64,000 nt of DNA. Origin: an uncultured Gemmatimonadaceae bacterium (lineage in GTDB: Bacteria > Gemmatimonadota > Gemmatimonadetes > Longimicrobiales > Gaopeijiaceae). Position 1 is the stretch's first letter; every line of letters starts with the position of its first letter. Made by a program: the position numbers and the translations under genes. This document shows, piece after piece, positions 37,205 through 46,744 of this stretch. The notes under the pieces are model-generated. The model searched no databases. It saw only the letters and a program-made list of their open reading frames with translations, and was not told where the DNA came from. Location: NCBI GenBank assembly GCA_964583815.1, contig CAZOYA010000002.1, positions 596-64,595 of the forward strand, given 5' to 3'.

Positions 37205-39948
37205 GGAGACCTCTCCGGGATGGTCCGCCAGCGCACCGCCTCGTCGTCGGTCTGTACCGGACCATTCTTCGGCTCTACCCGCCGTCCTGGACGGAAGCAG
37301 ATCGGCGGGACATGGCGGCGTTCTTCACCGAGCGCTACCGCGAAGCATGGGCACGAGGGGGCGCGCGTGCCGCCGTGACGGCCGCCGCCCGCGCCTTCCT
37401 GGATGCGGCCGCGACCGGCGTGATGGAGTGGCTGCGAGCGAGTCAATCCACACGACGGATCGAACGGAGCCACGGAGGAGGTATGGGAGAGGTGGTGGGA
37501 GGGATGGTGCGCGACGTGCGTGTGGCAGGACGAAGCCTTCTTCGCAGTCCGGGATTCACCCTCGCGTGCGTGCTCACGCTGGCGCTGGGGGTGGGGCCGA
37601 ACACGGCGTTGTTCTCGGTGCTTCACAGCCTCGTCCTGGCGCCTCTCCCGTATCCGGAAGCGGAGCGCCTGGTCGTGATCCGGCGCGACCTGGTGACGCG
37701 CGGCATCTCCAACTATCCGGCGGCCCCCGCCGACCTCGTGGACTACCGCGAGAACAGCGACGCCTTCTCGGCCATCGCAGGCTACGTGAGCGCGGCCCCG
37801 ATCGTGACCGACGGGAGCGACACGGAGCGCCTCAGGGGCATCTCGGCTACCCCCGAGCTGTTCGAGGTTCTCGGCGTACGGCCGGCGCTCGGACGGGCCT
37901 TTTCGCCCGAAGAAGGAATCGCGGTCGCCCCTGGCGAGGGACAGCCCCAACGCCCGTTCCCGGTGATCATCTCCCACGGATACTGGATGCGCGCGTTCGG
38001 GGGCGATCCCGACGCGGTCGGAACCGTTTTGCCGTTCGCAAACGCCAACGGCACGATCGTAGGCGTGATGCCCGAAGGGTTCCGGCTCCTGCTGTCCCCC
38101 GACGACGGCGTGCCGGCCGAGCCCGACGTCATTCTCCCGTTCACCATCGACCCGCTCGATCCTTTTCGCGGCTCGTTCTTCCTGGGCACTCTGGGCCGCC
38201 TGGCACCCGGCGTCTCCCTGGATGTCGCCGAGGAGGAGATGAAGGCGGTCGGCGCGGTGCAGCAGGCCAAGTATCCCAGTGCGCGTGCCGCAGGCACGAC
38301 CATCCGGCTCGCACGGCTCGAGGATGACGTCAGCGCCGAGGTGCGTCCGCTTCTTCTGAGCCTTGCCGGCGCCGTGGCGTTCGTGCTCCTCATCGCCTGT
38401 GTGAACGTGGCCAACCTCCTCCTGGTGCGCTCCGCCGGCCGCGCCCGGGAGATCGCCGTCCGCACCGCTCTGGGCGGAGGACGCGCACGGATCGTTCGCC
38501 AGATCCTCTCCGAGGCCGTCGTGCTGGCGACGTTGGGTGGCGTCGCCGGCGTCGCGCTCGCCTGGATGGCCCTGCCGTTCCTGGAGAGGGCCCTTCCCCC
38601 GGAGCTCCCTCGCCTGGGTGTGCTCTCGTTGAACCTCCCGGTCCTGGCTTTCTCCGTCGCAACCATATCGCTCGCGGCCCTGCTCTTCGGAGCGCTCCCC
38701 GCCGTGCGCGGTGCACGGACCCACGTCATGGGAGCTCTGCGCGGGCGCACAGGATCCGGCGGTGCGAGCGTGAGCCTGCGATCAGGTCTCGTGGTCGTGG
38801 AAGTCGCGCTCTCGTTCCTGCTGGTACTCGGTGCCGGCCTCACGATCCGGAGCTTCCTGGCTCTGACGCATGTCGATCCCGGCTTCCAGGTCGAGGGTGT
38901 GCTTACGTTCCGGGCGACGTTGCCGGCTGCCAGCTATCCAGGTGCGGACGCCCTCGGGGCGGTGAACGAGCGGTTGCGCCAGGAGTTGCTCGCCACGCCG
39001 GGAATCGAGCGTGTCGGCGCCGCGAGCGAGCTCCCCTTCGACGGCGGCGCACGCGCCGCGCCCTACGGTGGAGAGGCCGAGCTCGCGGACGGTGATGAAA
39101 GCGATCTGCGGCAGGCCTACGTGCGGACCGCGGGGAACGGCTACTTCGAAGCGCTCGAGACACCGCTGGTCGCAGGACGCTTTCTCACGTCTGATGACGC
39201 GGGCACCGACAGGGTGCTGGTGGACGAAGTGCTGGCTCAGCGGACCTGGCCGGGAGAGATGGCCGTCGGAAAGCGCATCTTCGTGAAGGTGCAGGTGCCC
39301 GGCGAATGGTTCGAGGTCGTGGGTGTGGTCGGACACCAACGGCAGACGACGCTATCGGGACCTTCCCAGGAAACGATCTACTTCGCGCCTCTGGGCGGAA
39401 TCGGCGGAGTGCCCGGTCGTTGGGTTCTCCGGACCGCCGGCGATCCCCGGGCCCTGGTGGCTGGCGTGCGCGCTGCGGTCGCGCGCGTGGACGACCGGAT
39501 CCTCGTCGAGAATCTGGAGCCGCTTTCCGCCCTCGTGAGCGAAGCTCGGGCACCGACGCGCGTGGTCGCCGCGTTCGTCGCGACCTTCGGCGCGCTCGCG
39601 CTGGCGCTCGCCCTCGTGGGGCTTTACGGGGTGATCGCCTACCTGGTCCGCGAACGCCGCGGCGAGTTCGGTCTGCGCCTGGCGCTCGGTGCGAACAGAT
39701 CGAGCATCCTGCGCGTGGTCCTGGCCCGTGGGCTTCTGCTCTCGGGCACGGGAATCGGGCTCGGGCTGCTGGGGTCCCTGAGCCTCGGCACCTTGTTGGG
39801 GACCGTGCTCGTCGAGGTTCCTTCGCCCGACGGGAGTACGATTGGCGGGGTGATCGTTCTTTTCGTGCTCATGGCAGGCTGTGCTTCGTTGATCCCGGCT
39901 CGGCGTGCACTGCAAGTCGACCCGATGGTCACGCTGCGCCAGGAGTGA
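37201..39948 (+). CDS. duplicated orphan FtsX/MacB-type permease with N-terminal prefix domain (ADOP-like), paralogue 2
   Basis: The TTG start overlaps the PadR stop (TTGA). The prefix contains LYRTILRLYPPSW...DMAAFF. The core starts near MVRDVRVAGRSLLRSPGF. Two FtsX halves. Confidence 0.9.
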   Translation: MRRPLRDGPPAHRLVVGLYRTILRLYPPSWTEADRRDMAAFFTERYREAWARGGARAAVTAAARAFLDAAATGVMEWLRASQSTRRIERSHGGGMGEVVGGMVRDVRVAGRSLLRSPGFTLACVLTLALGVGPNTALFSVLHSLVLAPLPYPEAERLVVIRRDLVTRGISNYPAAPADLVDYRENSDAFSAIAGYVSAAPIVTDGSDTERLRGISATPELFEVLGVRPALGRAFSPEEGIAVAPGEGQPQRPFPVIISHGYWMRAFGGDPDAVGTVLPFANANGTIVGVMPEGFRLLLSPDDGVPAEPDVILPFTIDPLDPFRGSFFLGTLGRLAPGVSLDVAEEEMKAVGAVQQAKYPSARAAGTTIRLARLEDDVSAEVRPLLLSLAGAVAFVLLIACVNVANLLLVRSAGRAREIAVRTALGGGRARIVRQILSEAVVLATLGGVAGVALAWMALPFLERALPPELPRLGVLSLNLPVLAFSVATISLAALLFGALPAVRGARTHVMGALRGRTGSGGASVSLRSGLVVVEVALSFLLVLGAGLTIRSFLALTHVDPGFQVEGVLTFRATLPAASYPGADALGAVNERLRQELLATPGIERVGAASELPFDGGARAAPYGGEAELADGDESDLRQAYVRTAGNGYFEALETPLVAGRFLTSDDAGTDRVLVDEVLAQRTWPGEMAVGKRIFVKVQVPGEWFEVVGVVGHQRQTTLSGPSQETIYFAPLGGIGGVPGRWVLRTAGDPRALVAGVRAAVARVDDRILVENLEPLSALVSEARAPTRVVAAFVATFGALALALALVGLYGVIAYLVRERRGEFGLRLALGANRSSILRVVLARGLLLSGTGIGLGLLGSLSLGTLLGTVLVEVPSPDGSTIGGVIVLFVLMAGCASLIPARRALQVDPMVTLRQE

Positions 39949-40081
39949 CGCACGCGGGGTGCCGTACGGGAGACGTCCTCACCCGATCCGGCCGCACCTG
40001 GCCGATCGATGGCGTGAGGCCGAGGAGCCCGAGACCGCATACCAGCACGCGGATGCCGAGACTATGTTTCGCGTCACCCAC

Positions 40082-40156
40082 GGGCGCTTAGCTCAGCCTG
40101 GTTAGAGCACCTGCCTTACAAGCAGGGGGTCGGGGGTTCGAGTCCCTCAGCGCCCA
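40082..40156 (+). tRNA. tRNA-Val (anticodon TAC)
   Basis: Full cloverleaf folded by hand: acceptor GGGCGCT/AGCGCCC, D arm GCTC/GAGC, anticodon stem CCTGC/GCAGG with loop CTTACAA, T arm GGGGG-TTCGAGT-CCCTC, discriminator A. CCA is not encoded. Confidence 0.96.
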
Positions 40157-40220
40157 TTGCGGGAGGTCGGTCCGGACAACGCCGTCGCGGAGTCCGGCGC
40201 CTCGAAACGGGCGGGCGGCC

Positions 40221-41354
40221 ATGGACACGATCCAGCAACGGCTCGAAGCGTTCGTTCCCCCGGCTCTCGCGCGCCACGACGTCCCCGGCTGCTCGATCGC
40301 CGTCGTCGACACGACGGGACCGGTGTGGTCCGGCGGCTTCGGCTACGCGGACCTGCGGTCCGGGCGCCCCGCGGGCCCCGACACCGTCTACCGGCTCTTC
40401 TCGGGCACCAAGCTCTTCACCGCGACGGCGATCCTGCAGCTGGAGGAGCGGGGCCTGCTCGCGCTGTCGGACCCCGTGGAGAGATTTCTCCCTGAGCTGC
40501 CGGCGCTCCAGGGCATCACGCTCCTCCATCTCCTCACCCACACCTCCGGGCTGAAGGACACGCTCCGCGGGTTCCTGGCGGTCTCCTTCCCGCCGGAAGC
40601 TCCGCCCTCCGCGGAGGAGGCCCTGTCCCGATACCGGCTCGCGTCCCGTCGCCCGCCCGCCGGGCGCGTCGAGTACCGGAACGTCAACTATGCGTTGCTT
40701 GGTGCGGTGGTGCGCCGCGTATCCGGGCTCGAGTACCGCGAATACGTGCAGCGCCACGTGCTGACACCGCTCGGCATGGAGGCCTCCTTCGGCCTGACCG
40801 ACGCGACCCGGCCCCGCGCGGCCACGGGATACATCGGCCGCAGGGATCCTGCTCGTATCCTGCTGGCGCTCCTCTTCCCGGGGATCGGCGGGCGGCTCTA
40901 CGGACCGGCGGCGGGCAAGCTGCGAGAGCTCCGCACCTACGACCTCGCGACCTCGGCCATCGGCGGACTCGTGGGCTCGATGCCCGACTTCGCACGCTTC
41001 CTCCACGTCCAGCTCGTGGGCGGGGACGGGGTCCTGGGTCCGGAGGCGATCCGCCGCATGCAGACGCAGGTCGCGCGCGGCGCCGCGGGCATCGAGTCCC
41101 GCGTGGGCATGGGTCTGGGATGGAAGATCGGAGAGGTCCGGGGCCGGACGTTCCTGAACCACGAGGGAGGAGGCGCGGGCTTCACGTCGGAGCTGCGGCT
41201 GTATCCCGAGGCGGGGCTCGGCGTCGCGATCGGGATGAACGCGATGAGGATGCCGACGACGATGCGCCTGGCCCACCGGATCTGCGAGGCGGTCGCGGAG
41301 CCCTCGCCTACGACGGGATCAGGAACGAGCCGGGGATACCTTCGTCGAGCGTGA
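40221..41354 (+). CDS. serine hydrolase, beta-lactamase/PBP4* family (class-C fold)
   Basis: SxxK motif in YRLFSGTKLFTATA, plus HLLTHTSGL and the NHEGGGAGF region. Confidence 0.85.
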   Translation: MDTIQQRLEAFVPPALARHDVPGCSIAVVDTTGPVWSGGFGYADLRSGRPAGPDTVYRLFSGTKLFTATAILQLEERGLLALSDPVERFLPELPALQGITLLHLLTHTSGLKDTLRGFLAVSFPPEAPPSAEEALSRYRLASRRPPAGRVEYRNVNYALLGAVVRRVSGLEYREYVQRHVLTPLGMEASFGLTDATRPRAATGYIGRRDPARILLALLFPGIGGRLYGPAAGKLRELRTYDLATSAIGGLVGSMPDFARFLHVQLVGGDGVLGPEAIRRMQTQVARGAAGIESRVGMGLGWKIGEVRGRTFLNHEGGGAGFTSELRLYPEAGLGVAIGMNAMRMPTTMRLAHRICEAVAEPSPTTGSGTSRGYLRRA

Positions 41355-41703
41355 CCAGGAGGGCGTCTCGTCGAGCGGCCAGCGCCGAAAGGTGCCCGTC
41401 CGTGGTGGTCGGGGGCGAATCGGCCCACGATGGGAGCGTGTCGGCGCCGAGGTCGTCCGTCAATCGGACGAACGGTGGACGTGTACTGCTCCGTATCTGC
41501 GCGAGGAGATCCCGGGCCGCCGCCACGCTCGGGGACAGACGCGCCTGAGGCGCGATCCTCACGAAGCCCAGCTCGGTAATCGAGCAGGTGGCGAGCACGT
41601 GGTCGGCGGGGAGCTTCGCCACCCACCGGGCGACCCTGTCGTGATGGACGTGCGCGGCATGGCCGAGCGCCAGAAGCACGTTCACGTCGAGCAGCGAGGT
41701 CAC
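41308..41703 (-). CDS. vapC: PIN-domain toxin VapC
   Basis: MTSLLDVNVLLAL...ATCSITELGFVRI...DGHLSALAARRDALLVTLD. Its start overlaps the antitoxin stop by 4 nt. Confidence 0.85.
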   Translation of the reverse strand: MTSLLDVNVLLALGHAAHVHHDRVARWVAKLPADHVLATCSITELGFVRIAPQARLSPSVAAARDLLAQIRSSTRPPFVRLTDDLGADTLPSWADSPPTTTDGHLSALAARRDALLVTLDEGIPGSFLIPS

Positions 41704-41948
41704 GGAAAATCCGCCAGCAGCGCCCGGATCTGCTCCGAGGAGACGGGCGGAACGGTCGATGGAGCTTCCATGACGGGCAGCCCGGTCACCGGATCCTCGC
41801 GGATCCGGTATCCGTGGTCCGGGACGATGGCCGAACTCGTCACGGCGCGTCGACGCAGGAACTCGGAGACCGTCAGACCGTCACGTCGCGCCAACTCGCG
41901 GATCCGCGCGGCCTCGCGTTCCGTGACCTTGAAGGTGATCGTGGGCAT
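41700..41948 (-). CDS. vapB: ribbon-helix-helix antitoxin VapB
   Basis: MPTITFKVTEREAARIRELARRDGLTVSEFLRRRA is an RHH pattern. Confidence 0.75.
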   Translation of the reverse strand: MPTITFKVTEREAARIRELARRDGLTVSEFLRRRAVTSSAIVPDHGYRIREDPVTGLPVMEAPSTVPPVSSEQIRALLADFP

Positions 41949-41965
41949 GGTATTACGGTAATACC
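41949..41965. promoter_or_regulatory. 17-bp palindrome GGTATTAC-G-GTAATACC directly abutting the vapB ATG (candidate operator / -10 region)
   Basis: Read directly. AT-rich island containing TATTAC and TAATAC hexamers. Confidence 0.45.
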
Positions 41966-42001
41966 ACCTTCCGGTGGAAGCCAGCGCGTTCCAGCCCCCG
42001 C

Positions 42002-44722
42002 CTACGATTCCCTGAGCGCCTCCGTCGGCTGGATCCGCAGGCCGCGCAGCGTGGGACGCGCCAGGGCGACCGCGCAGACGCATCCCGCGAGGATCGCGAC
42101 GAGAGTCAGCGTCAGCGGGATGTTGCCCATCTCGACACCGCGGTCGTTGCGCTCCATGTCAAGCAGCACCCACCCCCACGCCGCGCCCAGGACGAGCCCG
42201 ACTCCCACCTGGATCGCGGCGCGACGCCCCATCGCCGCGAAGATCGCGCGCGCGTCGGCCCCCAGGGCCGCGCGGATGCCGATCTCCCGCGTCCGTTGTG
42301 CGACGGTGAAGGACATCATCGCGTAGAGTCCCGTCGCGGAGAGGAGAACGACGGCGCACGCGAGCGCCAGCACGAGCAGGAAGATAGAGCGTAACAGGAG
42401 CGACTCGCTCCGGATCGTGTCCGCGACCAGACCCCCGTCGCTCACGATCGCCTCGGGGTCGAGCGAGGCGGCGATCCGTCGGAACCGTGGAACGAACGTC
42501 TCGGGGTCGCCCGCCACCTGCACGGTGTAGCGGACCGGGTCGACCTCCCCGGGTGCGAGCGGATGGTAGACCGCCGCGTCCCGCGCCGAGTTCTCGGGAT
42601 TCGTCCCGAACGAGCCGACCACGCCCACGATCTCGTACCACTCGTCCGCGTCGAGGGAGGCCGGGGATCCCCCCTGCGGCTCGTAACGGAGCCGCTGTCC
42701 GACCGCGTTCCGCCCGCCGAGGAAGTCGCGGACGAAGGACTCGTTCACGATCACCGCCGTGTGGCGGGTCCCGGGCGGTCCCTCGACATCGCCCGCGTTG
42801 AAGTCGCGCCCTGCGAGGATCGGGCGGCCGAGCCCCGCGAAGAACGACACGTCGACCTTGGGCACGGCCACGTCCCATTCGGGCATCTCGAATCCCGGAG
42901 GAGGCGTCTCGAGGAGAACGCTGCCGTTCGGAGGTGTGAGGCCCGGCACGTGGACGCCCATGCCGATGCCGCGAACGGCCGGGTCCTCGGAGAGCCGCGC
43001 GAGGAGGGTGCGCTGGATCTCCTCGAGGTGCCGCCGCCGGGCGAGCGAGTCGGATGCACCGGGCGCGCCCGCAGGACCGGGCTCCGGCATCGCGAGCGTG
43101 GCGTAGACGTACCCTTCCGGATCGAAGCCGAGGTCGCCCTGGTGGGCGAACGCGCTCCGCACCCACGTGACGCCCATCGCGAGAAACCCCACGGACAGGG
43201 CGATCTGGCTCACGATCAGCAGCGAAGCTCCCAAGCCGAAGCGCGCCGAGGCTGTCCGCGAGGCCGCGCGCTGGAGGTTCGCCTGGAGCGCGCGCCGGGT
43301 CAGCGGGAGCGCGGGCAGGACGCCGGCCACGATGGCGCACAGGGCGGCGAGGCCGAGCGCGATCGCCACGAGGCGGGGCGTGAGCCGGAGGTCCGCCCAC
43401 CAGGGGAGCAACCCGTACGGAGCCTGGAGGCGCATCACCCAGGAAGCGAACGCGTTGGCGCCGAGCAGACCCACGCCCGTGGCGGCCATCATGAGGACGA
43501 AGGCTTCGACGAACAACTGGGTGAGGATGCGCCCGCGACTGGCGCCGAGCGCGGTGCGGATCGTGATCTCGCCGGAGCGCGCGGCGGTGCGCGCGAGGAT
43601 CAGCATGCCGACATTGCCGCACACCACCATGAGGAGCCCGAAGATCAGCGTCTGGAGGATCACGATCTCCGTCTGGCCCCAGAATGCGCCGTCCTCGGCG
43701 TCCTCGTTGAGCAGCAGGACCGCCATCCCGACCACCTCGCCCAGGAGGTGCTCGAAGCGCTCCGGTTCGTCGGCCGCCCGCCGCTCGGTGAGCCGGGTCA
43801 TCTCGACGCGGGCGTCCTCGAGCGACACCCCGCCCGCGAGCCTTCCGAAGACGAAGACGAGGGGGCCGGTGCCGATCGGGAGATCCAACGCACGGGCCCG
43901 GAAGGGGAGCCAGACCTGCGTGTACGAGGGAAAGGCGAAGCCCGCCGGCATGACGCCGACGACCGTGTGATCGGTGCTCCCGATGCGGATGGACCGCCCG
44001 AGGATCGCCGGATCGCGGGCGAAGCGCGCGCTCCAGAGCTCTTCCCCGATGAGCGCCACGTCGGGCGCTCCCTCGCGCTCGTCCGCCGGGCCCAGCAGAC
44101 GTCCGACCAACGGCCGGGCGCCGAGGATGTCGAACGAGGAGGCGGTGAGACGCGCCGCCGGAACGGGCGATCCGCCGGTCTCGGCGACGTCGACGTTCAC
44201 CGAGTACGCCTGCGCGGCGCCGATCGACGCGAGCGAGGCCAGATCCTTCCAGCGCTCGAAGTCGTGCACGGTGGACAACCGGGCGTGCTGGAGGTCCACG
44301 TCGTAGTGGCGGACCCCGACCACGCGATCGGCTTCCGGGACGGGAAGATCGCTGAAGAGGACGTCGAGGACGTGCAGGAGGGTGAGCGACGCCGGAATGC
44401 CCAGGCCCAGCGTCAGCACCGCCACCACGGTGACCATGGGCTGCCTGGCGAGCATGCGGAGGCCCAGCTTCGCATCGAGCCCGATGCCGTTCGTGACGAG
44501 CCGGCGCAGGGCGGCGGTCCAGACCGCCCAGGCCGATGCCAGCGCGTTCCAGGCGTAGCGCCGGACGGCCGGGCCGCGTCCCCGCCCACGCTCGAGGTCG
44601 CGTGCGAAGGAGGCGTCCAGGTCCGACGCGATCCAGGATGCGTCGCGCCCGCGGATCAGCAGCCGGGCGAGCGCGCGCAGGAGACGGGGCGGGCGCGTGG
44701 GGTCCCGCGGGTCGTGGCCCAT
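42002..44722 (-). CDS. duplicated orphan FtsX/MacB-type permease with N-terminal prefix domain (ADOP-like), paralogue 3
   Basis: The ATG overlaps the PadR stop (TGATG); a TTG one codon upstream is also possible. Prefix RLLRALARLLIRGRDASW...DASF; core LGLRMLARQPMV...; two FtsX halves. Confidence 0.9.
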   Translation of the reverse strand: MGHDPRDPTRPPRLLRALARLLIRGRDASWIASDLDASFARDLERGRGRGPAVRRYAWNALASAWAVWTAALRRLVTNGIGLDAKLGLRMLARQPMVTVVAVLTLGLGIPASLTLLHVLDVLFSDLPVPEADRVVGVRHYDVDLQHARLSTVHDFERWKDLASLASIGAAQAYSVNVDVAETGGSPVPAARLTASSFDILGARPLVGRLLGPADEREGAPDVALIGEELWSARFARDPAILGRSIRIGSTDHTVVGVMPAGFAFPSYTQVWLPFRARALDLPIGTGPLVFVFGRLAGGVSLEDARVEMTRLTERRAADEPERFEHLLGEVVGMAVLLLNEDAEDGAFWGQTEIVILQTLIFGLLMVVCGNVGMLILARTAARSGEITIRTALGASRGRILTQLFVEAFVLMMAATGVGLLGANAFASWVMRLQAPYGLLPWWADLRLTPRLVAIALGLAALCAIVAGVLPALPLTRRALQANLQRAASRTASARFGLGASLLIVSQIALSVGFLAMGVTWVRSAFAHQGDLGFDPEGYVYATLAMPEPGPAGAPGASDSLARRRHLEEIQRTLLARLSEDPAVRGIGMGVHVPGLTPPNGSVLLETPPPGFEMPEWDVAVPKVDVSFFAGLGRPILAGRDFNAGDVEGPPGTRHTAVIVNESFVRDFLGGRNAVGQRLRYEPQGGSPASLDADEWYEIVGVVGSFGTNPENSARDAAVYHPLAPGEVDPVRYTVQVAGDPETFVPRFRRIAASLDPEAIVSDGGLVADTIRSESLLLRSIFLLVLALACAVVLLSATGLYAMMSFTVAQRTREIGIRAALGADARAIFAAMGRRAAIQVGVGLVLGAAWGWVLLDMERNDRGVEMGNIPLTLTLVAILAGCVCAVALARPTLRGLRIQPTEALRES

Positions 44723-45051
44723 CAACCCTCCGCGAGCCGGTCGAGCGCGGAGATCTGTCCGGTCGCCATCGACTGGAACGCGTCGTGCGCCTCGCGGAGC
44801 TCGCGCGCGCCTTCCGGGGAGAGTGCGTAGTACTTACGCGGCCTGCCCATGCGCCCCTGCGGCTTCTCGGTCCGTGAGCGCACGAGCCCCCGCTCCTCCA
44901 GCCGGGCGAGCGTCGTGTAGATCGCGCCGACGGAGACCGTGCGCCCGGTCCGCTCTTCGAGGTTCTCGCGGATCGAGACGCCGTAGGCGTCATCCCCGAG
45001 CTGGAGGACCGAGAAGAGGATGAGCTGCTCGAAGGCGCCGAGGTAGGGCAT
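44722..45051 (-). CDS. PadR-family transcriptional regulator
   Basis: FEQLILFSVLQLGDDAYGVSIRENLEE...IYTTLARLEERGLV...PRKYYALSPEGAREL. Confidence 0.9.
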   Translation of the reverse strand: MPYLGAFEQLILFSVLQLGDDAYGVSIRENLEERTGRTVSVGAIYTTLARLEERGLVRSRTEKPQGRMGRPRKYYALSPEGARELREAHDAFQSMATGQISALDRLAEG

Positions 45052-45154
45052 CGGGGGGCTCTGGTCGTCGGGCGGGGTGGGCCGTAATACTACACTGTGG
45101 TAAAAGTGGCTGCGAGCAGGGGACGTCCGCAAGAGCGACGCGCGCGGCCGGCGC

Positions 45155-45544
45155 CTAGCCGAGCCGCTCCAGCCGACCCCGCCGCTTCACGATGTTCTTG
45201 TAGTCCCACTGGATCGACCTCGACTTCTCGAGCCAGCGCCGGAGCGCCCCGACCTCGATCTGATCGGAAGAGGTGTAGCGCGCCTCGGCGGCCTTGAACT
45301 TCCCCTCGGGAGCGAGATCCGGCTCGTCGAACGACTGCCCGCTCCAGAAGAGCAGGCGGACGCAGCCCTTGAGCTTGCTGTAGCCGACGACCGGATTGCC
45401 GTCGAGGAACCAGACCGGGTGGCGGTGCCAGATCCGGCTCTCCGCCTCGGGGAGCGCACGGTCGATCTCGGCGGCGAGGCGCTCGCAGATCGTTCGGTCT
45501 CCGGGGGCCTGGGCCGCGTTGAAGGCGTGGATGTCCGGGTGCAT
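45155..45544 (-). CDS. DUF1801 (YdhG-like) domain protein
   Basis: ...IWHRHPVWFLDGNPVVGYSKLKGCVRLLFWSG... matches the family pattern. Confidence 0.75.
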   Translation of the reverse strand: MHPDIHAFNAAQAPGDRTICERLAAEIDRALPEAESRIWHRHPVWFLDGNPVVGYSKLKGCVRLLFWSGQSFDEPDLAPEGKFKAAEARYTSSDQIEVGALRRWLEKSRSIQWDYKNIVKRRGRLERLG

Positions 45545-45605
45545 GAGCTCCTCCCCTGTCGTACGCTTGTGCCCTCATCGACCCCACCACGGAGGAAGGG
45601 ACGAC

Positions 45606-45839
45606 ATGACCATCGATCTCTCCGAAGCGCGCCGCGACCAGCTCATCCAGCGCCTCGAAGGCTTCTGGCTGGAGGAGTTCGACGAGACCCTGAGCTCGTT
45701 CCGCGCCGCCCAGATCCTGGACTTCTGCCTCGAGGCCGTGGGGCCCCACATCTACAATCAAGCGGTCCAGGACGCCCGCGCCTACATGCAGCGGAAGCTC
45801 GACGAGCTCGACGGAGAAGTCGCCGCACCCTGGTCGTGA
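45606..45839 (+). CDS. DUF2164 domain protein
   Basis: IDLSEARRDQLIQRLEGFWLEEFDETLSSFRAAQILDFCLEAVGPHIYNQAVQDARAY. GGAGGAAGGG upstream. Confidence 0.75.
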   Translation: MTIDLSEARRDQLIQRLEGFWLEEFDETLSSFRAAQILDFCLEAVGPHIYNQAVQDARAYMQRKLDELDGEVAAPWS

Positions 45840-45912
45840 CCTCGCCGCTTGTGCGCCCCGCCGAGCCGGTGGTAAGCTGCGCTCGTGACCTGCGGGTGCG
45901 CGAGATCCGGGG

Positions 45913-46737
45913 ATGGGAGGGGGGATGAGGACGACGGAGCGTGGGGCCGCGGCGGGCCGGCGCGGGGCGGTGTGGGCGATGCTGGCGACGCTGGTGATCG
46001 GCGCGTGGACGCAGGGGATCGCGGCCCAGGGCCCGCGCCCCGCCGGGGCGGACACCCTCCGCCTCGAGGTCGGCTCCCCCGAGGTCGACGCGCGCTTCAT
46101 GCCGGAGCATCGGGCGCGGAACCGCGTCTACCTCGGCGACGCCCGGACGCCCAGCAACACCTGGACGAACGAGCTCGTGCTCGAGGACTCCGCCGGGATC
46201 CGGCTCATGAAGTGGATCACGCTCGGCGAGCAGCCGAACGGTACCACCTGGGAGCTCCGGCAGACCTACGACGCCCGCAGCCTCGCGCCGCTCGCCTACG
46301 AGCGCACGAGCAGCACGGGCCAGCTCCTCCGCTACACGGTCGACGGCACGCGGGTGCGCGGAACGCAGCGCGCGGCCGCCGGAGCGCCGGAGGAGCCCTT
46401 CGAGCGCGATCTCGACCGGATGGGCTTCTTCTCGGGCGCCTCGGACCTCGTCCCCATGGGGGTGGGCTACGAGCCCGGTCTCGTCATGATCGCGCCCGTG
46501 TGGGGGCCGGGCATGAGCGAGGCCCAGGACCGCGTCTTCACGGTCGTGGGGCAGGAGGAGGTGGAGGTGGAGGGCGAGCGCGTGCGAGCCTGGCGCGTGG
46601 AGGAGCACGCGGCCGCCACGGGCGCGCTCCAGGCCACCTGGTGGCTGAGCGAGGAGTCCCCCTACATGGTGCTCGGCGAGATCCCGCTCGCGAACGGGCA
46701 GGTGCAGCGGATCACCGGGGTGGCGCTCGGCGGCTGA
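45913..46737 (+). CDS. secreted hypothetical protein
   Basis: Signal peptide AMLATLVIGAWTQGIAAQ. High GC3. No family recognised. The ATG at 45925 is an alternative start. Confidence 0.6.
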   Translation: MGGGMRTTERGAAAGRRGAVWAMLATLVIGAWTQGIAAQGPRPAGADTLRLEVGSPEVDARFMPEHRARNRVYLGDARTPSNTWTNELVLEDSAGIRLMKWITLGEQPNGTTWELRQTYDARSLAPLAYERTSSTGQLLRYTVDGTRVRGTQRAAAGAPEEPFERDLDRMGFFSGASDLVPMGVGYEPGLVMIAPVWGPGMSEAQDRVFTVVGQEEVEVEGERVRAWRVEEHAAATGALQATWWLSEESPYMVLGEIPLANGQVQRITGVALGG

Positions 46738-46744
46738 GGCGCGC

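Noticed and set aside
40082-45132. tRNA-Val as the integration site of a genomic island carrying the serine hydrolase, vapBC and the PadR-permease module.
   Set aside because: There is no integrase, recombinase or phage gene. By eye I found no direct repeat of the tRNA 3' end (…GAGTCCCTCAGCGCCCA) downstream. Composition and codon bias look the same as the rest of the window. A computational repeat search would be needed to be certain.
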